Part shown: in pieces, positions 59,367 through 64,000 of the stretch | Numbering within the stretch: position 1 is the first letter of the stretch | Layout of the letters: every line of letters begins with the position of its first letter | Assembly: GCA_964513995.1 (NCBI GenBank) | Contig: CAZEOQ010000008.1 | Coordinates: 8,759-72,758 of the forward strand | Source: an uncultured Desulfobacterales bacterium | GTDB taxonomy: Bacteria; Desulfobacterota; DSM-4660; Desulfatiglandales; JALVZP01 | Direction: 5' to 3' | DNA: 64,000 nucleotides | Program-made: the position numbers and the translations under genes | Notes under the pieces: generated by a model | Databases searched by the model: none | Told to the model about the DNA's origin: nothing | Seen by the model: the letters and a program-made list of their open reading frames with translations, nothing else

Positions 59367-60170
59367 ATGAGGTTGGATGAAAGCCTTATCTCTAAGTATA
59401 TCATAGAATCATTCAAAGAAAAGCTTATAAGTTGCCTGAATCTGGATGTAGCACTTGTTGGTGCAGGCCCATCAAACATGATAGCAGGATATTATCTTGG
59501 AAGGGCAGGAATAAAAGCTGCTATATTTGAAGCAAAGCTTTCTCCTGGTGGAGGTATGTGGGGTGGAGGGATGATGTTTAATGAGATTGTTGTTCAAGAA
59601 GAAGCAATTTCTGTTGTAGAAGAGATAGGGATAAGCTATAAAAAAAGATCAGATGGATATTATGTTATGGACAGCATAGAAGCAACATCTACTTTAATAT
59701 CTAAATGCGTCAAAGCCGGAACACCTATATTTAATCTTATAAAAGTCGTTGATGTGCTTTTTAGAGAGAAAGAGAAAAAGCCAGCAGTAGCTGGAATTGT
59801 CATAAACTGGTCTCCAGTAGAAAGATTAGAACTTCATGTGGATCCAATAGGAATTCAGGCAAGATTTGTAGTGGATGGAACAGGACATCCTGCTGAAATT
59901 TGTCATATTGTAAAAAGAAAGCTGGGTGTAAGGTTAAATACAGAAACAGGAGATCTTATAGGAGAGATGCCTCTTTGGGCAGAAAAAGGTGAAGAATTTA
60001 CTGTTCAGAATACAGGAGAGGTTTATCCTGGACTTTATGTTACAGGAATGGCAGTAAACAATGTATTTGGTGGACCAAGGATGGGTCCTATATTTGGAGG
60101 AATGCTAAGGTCAGGAAAAAGACTTGCAGAGATCCTTATAGAAAGGATCAGGAATGAGGGAAAGGCTTAA
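59367..60170 (+). CDS. thi4: Thi4-family thiazole synthase (His-type, presumably sulfide-dependent)
   Basis: It has DVALVGAGPSN (FAD/NAD Rossmann fold) and GGGMWGGGMMF. VVDGTGHPAE has His where yeast THI4 has the sacrificial Cys. Confidence 0.85.
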   Translation: MRLDESLISKYIIESFKEKLISCLNLDVALVGAGPSNMIAGYYLGRAGIKAAIFEAKLSPGGGMWGGGMMFNEIVVQEEAISVVEEIGISYKKRSDGYYVMDSIEATSTLISKCVKAGTPIFNLIKVVDVLFREKEKKPAVAGIVINWSPVERLELHVDPIGIQARFVVDGTGHPAEICHIVKRKLGVRLNTETGDLIGEMPLWAEKGEEFTVQNTGEVYPGLYVTGMAVNNVFGGPRMGPIFGGMLRSGKRLAEILIERIRNEGKA

Positions 60171-60792
60171 AGAAAGATTTGAGAAAGTAAGGCTTTACTG
60201 TTTTACTCCTGGAAGACTTGCAGATGATCCTATAAGTGTAGCTGAAAAGCAGATAAGAGGTGGAGCAGATGTAATACAGCTTAGAGAAAAACACAGGACT
60301 AAAAGGGAGATCCTGGAAATAGGTCTAAAGTTAAGGGAGATTACAAGGAGGTATGATGTCCTTTTTATCGTAAACGACGACATAGACATTGCACTTATAG
60401 TTGATGCAGACGGAGTTCACCTTGGTCAGGATGATATACCAATAGAGTATGCAAGACCTCTTATGAAGGACAGACTTATAGGAATATCCACTCATTCCTT
60501 AGAACAGGTAAAAGAAGCAGTGGAAAAGGGAGCAGATTATGTTGGATTTGGACCTGTATTTGAGACAAGGACAAAGGAGAATCCAGAAGATACTGTGGGG
60601 ATTGAGAAATTGAAGGTCTTAAAAGAGATCTGTCCTGTTCCATATGTTGCAATAGGAGGTATAGGGATTGGAAATATAGATAAGATTTTGGAAGCTGGTT
60701 GTAAAAGAGTGGCTATAATTTCTGACATAATAAATGCTGAGGATATAGAAGAAAGGTGCAGAAGGATAAAAAAGATCCTTGATTCTTCATGA
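60154..60792 (+). CDS. thiE: Thiamine-phosphate synthase
   Basis: It has VIQLREK, LFIVNDDIDIAL, ADGVHLGQDD, YVGFGPVFET and VAIGGI. Confidence 0.9.
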   Translation: MRERLKERFEKVRLYCFTPGRLADDPISVAEKQIRGGADVIQLREKHRTKREILEIGLKLREITRRYDVLFIVNDDIDIALIVDADGVHLGQDDIPIEYARPLMKDRLIGISTHSLEQVKEAVEKGADYVGFGPVFETRTKENPEDTVGIEKLKVLKEICPVPYVAIGGIGIGNIDKILEAGCKRVAIISDIINAEDIEERCRRIKKILDSS

Positions 60793-61922
60793 AGTTCTTC
60801 CTTATATTCCTGAGTGGAATAGCACTTAATCTTACACCTTGTGTTTATCCAATCTTGCCTCTCACAGTTTCTTATTTTGGAGGGAAAGCTCGTTCTATAA
60901 GAGGAAGCCTATACATTCATGTGGTTTTTTACATACTCGGAATATCCTCTGTAAATTCAATTCTTGCTCTTATATCTGCAGTTACAGGAAACATCCTTGG
61001 ATGTTTCCTGCAGAAGGAATATATAACAGCTGGAATTTCCACAATACTTATAATACTTTCTCTCAGTCTTTTTGACTTATGGGAGATAAGGCTTCCTTAT
61101 AAAGTAAATCAGATAATCTCCAGAAAGTTTTCTGGATACACTGGTTCATTCATCATGGGAAGTCTTTTTGGAGTATTTGCTGCTCCATGTGCAAGTCCTG
61201 TTATCCTTGGTCTTATGAGTTATGCATTAAAAGAAGCAAACCTTTTTTACAGCTTCCTGTATTTCTTTTCTTTGAGTCTTGGAATAGGACTTCCTGTAGG
61301 AGTTCTGGCAACTTTTTCAGGTCTGATTTTAAGGATTCCAAAACCAGGAGAATGGATGTTACTTGTAAAAAAGATTCTTGGTCTTTTGATGATATTTGTT
61401 GCACTTTATCTTATAAGACCAGTCCTTGGAATGGCTGGGGATTATATACTTGTAGCTTTCTCCATTTTTTCAGCATTTTATCTTGTTTTTTTTGAAAAGA
61501 CAGGTGGAAAATTTTCCATTTTAAACAAAGCCTTGTTCATTTTTTTTCTTTTTTTTTCCACTTCTTTTTTATTCCACAAAACACAAAGACTTCCTTCTTA
61601 CAGTAAAGAATTGTTTGAAAAGGCAAAAAAAGAAGGAAAGCTTATTATTTTAGACTTCTCTGCAGAATGGTGTCTTTCTTGTATCAGACTGGAAAAGATG
61701 CTTTTTGATCCAGAGATAAGGTCATTGACAAAGGATGCAGTCCTTATGAAGGTGGATCTTACAGATGAAGATGAGTCAAAAAGGAGTCTTTTAGAAAGAT
61801 TCAAGATAAAAGCAGTTCCTACGGTCGTTTTTTTAAAAAATGAAAGGTTTATAAAAATAGAAGGAGAAATAGAAAAGGAGTTATTCATAAAAAAGCTTAA
61901 AAAAGCCTTAGCTTTAGATTGA
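60789..61922 (+). CDS. DsbD/CcdA-family thiol:disulfide interchange membrane protein with C-terminal thioredoxin domain
   Basis: The membrane core has LTPCVYPILP and AAPCASPV (the two DsbD-beta Cys motifs). The C-terminal Trx fold has FSAEWCLSC. Confidence 0.8.
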   Translation: MKFFLIFLSGIALNLTPCVYPILPLTVSYFGGKARSIRGSLYIHVVFYILGISSVNSILALISAVTGNILGCFLQKEYITAGISTILIILSLSLFDLWEIRLPYKVNQIISRKFSGYTGSFIMGSLFGVFAAPCASPVILGLMSYALKEANLFYSFLYFFSLSLGIGLPVGVLATFSGLILRIPKPGEWMLLVKKILGLLMIFVALYLIRPVLGMAGDYILVAFSIFSAFYLVFFEKTGGKFSILNKALFIFFLFFSTSFLFHKTQRLPSYSKELFEKAKKEGKLIILDFSAEWCLSCIRLEKMLFDPEIRSLTKDAVLMKVDLTDEDESKRSLLERFKIKAVPTVVFLKNERFIKIEGEIEKELFIKKLKKALALD

Positions 61923-62346
61923 TCATGTCTCCTTTTTCAAATCCAAGTCCATCAAAGAATCTTATAAGTTCCCAGTTTCTCCAGTCAACAAATGTATATA
62001 TAGTCTTTACTCCAAGCTTTTTCATCCTTTCTACTATCTCATTAAAAAGAACCTTTCCTATTCCTCTTCTCTGATATTCTGGATCAACTCCAAGTGTATC
62101 TATAAATCCAATGTCTATGTCTTCAGGAACAGTATATCCCCATCCAGCCAGGTCACCTATAATGAACCCTACTACTTTTCCATCCACCTCTGCCACAAGA
62201 GAAAGTGAAGGACTTCTTTTTTCAAGAATCTCTGTTTTGAGTTTCCAGTATCTTTTCCTTTCACGACCAAGAAGTTTCTTATCTATCTCAGCTATTCTCA
62301 AATAGTCATCTCCCTTCATGGGTCTTATTATCAGATTCTCCATCAT
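61897..62346 (-). CDS. GNAT family N-acetyltransferase
   Basis: It has the acetyl-CoA motif QRRGIGKVLF. It is 149 aa and overlaps the ppsA 3' end by 41 nt. Confidence 0.8.
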   Translation of the reverse strand: MMENLIIRPMKGDDYLRIAEIDKKLLGRERKRYWKLKTEILEKRSPSLSLVAEVDGKVVGFIIGDLAGWGYTVPEDIDIGFIDTLGVDPEYQRRGIGKVLFNEIVERMKKLGVKTIYTFVDWRNWELIRFFDGLGFEKGDMINLKLRLF

Positions 62347-64000
62347 GGCTTATCCCTAACTGTTTTTCCTTTTCTGCAATTCTGAGTCTCGTCTCAACCA
62401 CTGTATCAGGTATAAGACTTATAGAATCTATTCCACACTCTACAAGAAATTCTGCAAACTCTGGAAAATCACTTGGTGCCTGACCACATATACCTATCTT
62501 CCTTCCCTTCTTCTTTGCAACATTTATAACCTCTTTTATAAGCCTTTTTACTGCCTCATTTCTTTCATCATAAAGATGAGCAACGAGAGAAGAGTCTCTG
62601 TCAAGACCAAGTGTAAGCTGTGTTAGGTCGTTTGATCCAATAGAGAATCCATCAAATATGTCTGCAAACTGATCAGCAAGTATGACATTGCTTGGAATTT
62701 CACACATTACATAAACCTCAAGACCATTTTTCCCCTGAACAAGTCCAAACCTTTTCATAAGCTCTATTACTCTTTTTCCTTCTTCAGGAGTCCTGCAAAA
62801 TGGAATCATTACCTTTATGTTTGTAAGTCCCATCTCTTCTCTTGCCTTAAGAATTGCTTTGCATTCAAGCTCAAATGCAGGCAGAAACTTCTCATCATAA
62901 TATCTGCTTGCTCCCCTCCATCCTATCATAGGATTGCTTTCAACAGGCTCATATAGATGACCACCAAGAAGGTTTCTGTATTCGTTTGTCTTAAAGTCAG
63001 AAAGCCTTACGATCACATCTTTTGGATAAAATGCTGCTGCAATCCTTCCTATCCCTTCTGCAAGCTTGTCTATAAAGAACTGTTTTTTATCCTTATAAAG
63101 TATCGTCCTTTCTTCTATCTCCTTCACGAGCTTTTCTATTTCAGGATCATCCTTTGCCCTTTCTTTAAGTTTTTCGTATTCAACAAGTGCAAGAGGATGT
63201 ATTCCTATGTGTGAATTTATTATAAACTCCTCCCTTGCAAGACCAACACCATCATTTGGAATCATTGACTGAGAGAATGCCTGTTCTGGAATTCCTACAT
63301 TCATCATTATCTTCGTCTTTGTCTTTGGAAGCTCATCAAGATTTATCCTTTTTACATCATACCTAAGAATCCCTTCATACACATATCCTTCTTCCCCTTC
63401 TGAACAGCAGACAGTAATCTTCTGTCCTGTCTTTATCTTTTCAGTAGCATCTCCTGTTCCTATAACACATGGTATTCCAAGTTCACGAGAGACTATTGCT
63501 GCATGACATGTCCTTCCTCCTTTGTTTGTAACAATTGCTGAAGCCATCTTCATTATAGGTTCCCAGTCAGGATCAGTCATATTTGTTACGAGGATCTGTC
63601 CTGGTTTAAATTTTTCAAGTTCATCTGGAGAAAGGATGACATTTGCTTCACCTTGCCCTATCTTTGATCCTATTGCCATCCCTTTTGTTATAACCTTTCC
63701 TTTTTCAAGAAGTATATACTTTTCATAAGTCCTTTGATTCCTTTGAGAATGAACCGTCTCTGGTCTTGCCTGAACAATAAAAAGCTTTCCTGTCCCTACA
63801 TTTATTCCATCTCCATCCTTTGCCCATTCTATATCCATTGGCATGTATCTTCCTGCTTCCGTGCTATAATGCTCTTCTATAATGCATGCCCATCTTGCAA
63901 GCTGAAGTATCTCGTCATCACTCAGTATGTAACGATACCTTTCTTCATCACTTATAGGAACATTCTTTGTCTTTTCACTTCCTTCAGCATATACAAGCTT
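62306..64000 (-). CDS. ppsA: Phosphoenolpyruvate synthase (C-terminal ~560 aa; N-terminus lies beyond the window edge)
   Basis: It has PMDIEWAKDG, the phosphohistidine domain GGRTCHAAIVSRELGIP and the PEP-utilising TIM barrel (FSIGSNDLTQ). The frame stays open upstream of the listed Met to position 64000. Confidence 0.9.
   Translation of the reverse strand, partial: KLVYAEGSEKTKNVPISDEERYRYILSDDEILQLARWACIIEEHYSTEAGRYMPMDIEWAKDGDGINVGTGKLFIVQARPETVHSQRNQRTYEKYILLEKGKVITKGMAIGSKIGQGEANVILSPDELEKFKPGQILVTNMTDPDWEPIMKMASAIVTNKGGRTCHAAIVSRELGIPCVIGTGDATEKIKTGQKITVCCSEGEEGYVYEGILRYDVKRINLDELPKTKTKIMMNVGIPEQAFSQSMIPNDGVGLAREEFIINSHIGIHPLALVEYEKLKERAKDDPEIEKLVKEIEERTILYKDKKQFFIDKLAEGIGRIAAAFYPKDVIVRLSDFKTNEYRNLLGGHLYEPVESNPMIGWRGASRYYDEKFLPAFELECKAILKAREEMGLTNIKVMIPFCRTPEEGKRVIELMKRFGLVQGKNGLEVYVMCEIPSNVILADQFADIFDGFSIGSNDLTQLTLGLDRDSSLVAHLYDERNEAVKRLIKEVINVAKKKGRKIGICGQAPSDFPEFAEFLVECGIDSISLIPDTVVETRLRIAEKEKQLGISHDGESDNKTHEGR

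Overview
This is a visibly AT-rich chromosomal window from an anaerobic, probably thermophilic sulfate-reducing bacterium. That lineage is a guess from gene content and K/E/I-rich proteins; no database search was possible. Coding density is high, and I saw no CRISPR array, transposase, integrase or rRNA. Gene blocks in order:
(1) 1-3.3 kb: a radical-SAM enzyme (partial), larE, tmk and holB.
(2) 3.3-14.1 kb, minus strand: a tightly coupled redox operon encoding an HdrA-N/ferredoxin protein, FdhA, a giant HdrA-like protein, MvhD and an FlxC/B/A-like NAD(P)H module, followed by cbiQ-cbiO.
(3) 14.2-24.7 kb: a hydrolase, priA, a GT4 glycosyltransferase, a GlcD-like oxidase and rodA-mrdA-mreDCB.
(4) 24.7-29.1 kb: rpmH-rnpA-yidD-yidC-jag-mnmE.
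(5) 29.9-35.3 kb: rimO, a polyprenyl synthase, an MBL hydrolase and a sigma-54 activator.
(6) 35.5-44.3 kb: the complete dissimilatory sulfate-activation/reduction locus sat-orf118-aprBA-qmoABC.
(7) 44.4-47.5 kb: two unknown proteins and a double-GT2/TPR protein.
(8) 47.7-64 kb: dnaN-gyrB, yicC-remA-gmk, rlmB, tRNA-Thr, pyrF, folE2-purH-like-queE-queC, thi4-thiE, a DsbD-like protein, a GNAT and ppsA (partial).
Main findings:
- The first gene of the redox operon has an in-frame UGA at the conserved HdrA Cys position, followed by a SECIS-like hairpin. It is a selenoprotein that the ORF track truncates.
- That operon looks like an Fdh/split-HdrA/HdrA/MvhD/Flx assembly without HdrBC, so it is a candidate flavin-based electron-bifurcating formate module of unusual architecture.
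- A near-consensus sigma-54 (-24/-12) promoter lies upstream of sat, next to a sigma-54 activator gene.
- A C-rich element bounded by a 17-bp inverted repeat follows qmoC.
- A cluster of DnaA-box-like 9-mers with an 18-bp inverted repeat lies upstream of dnaN.
All functional calls rest on motif recognition by eye and need HMM/BLAST confirmation.
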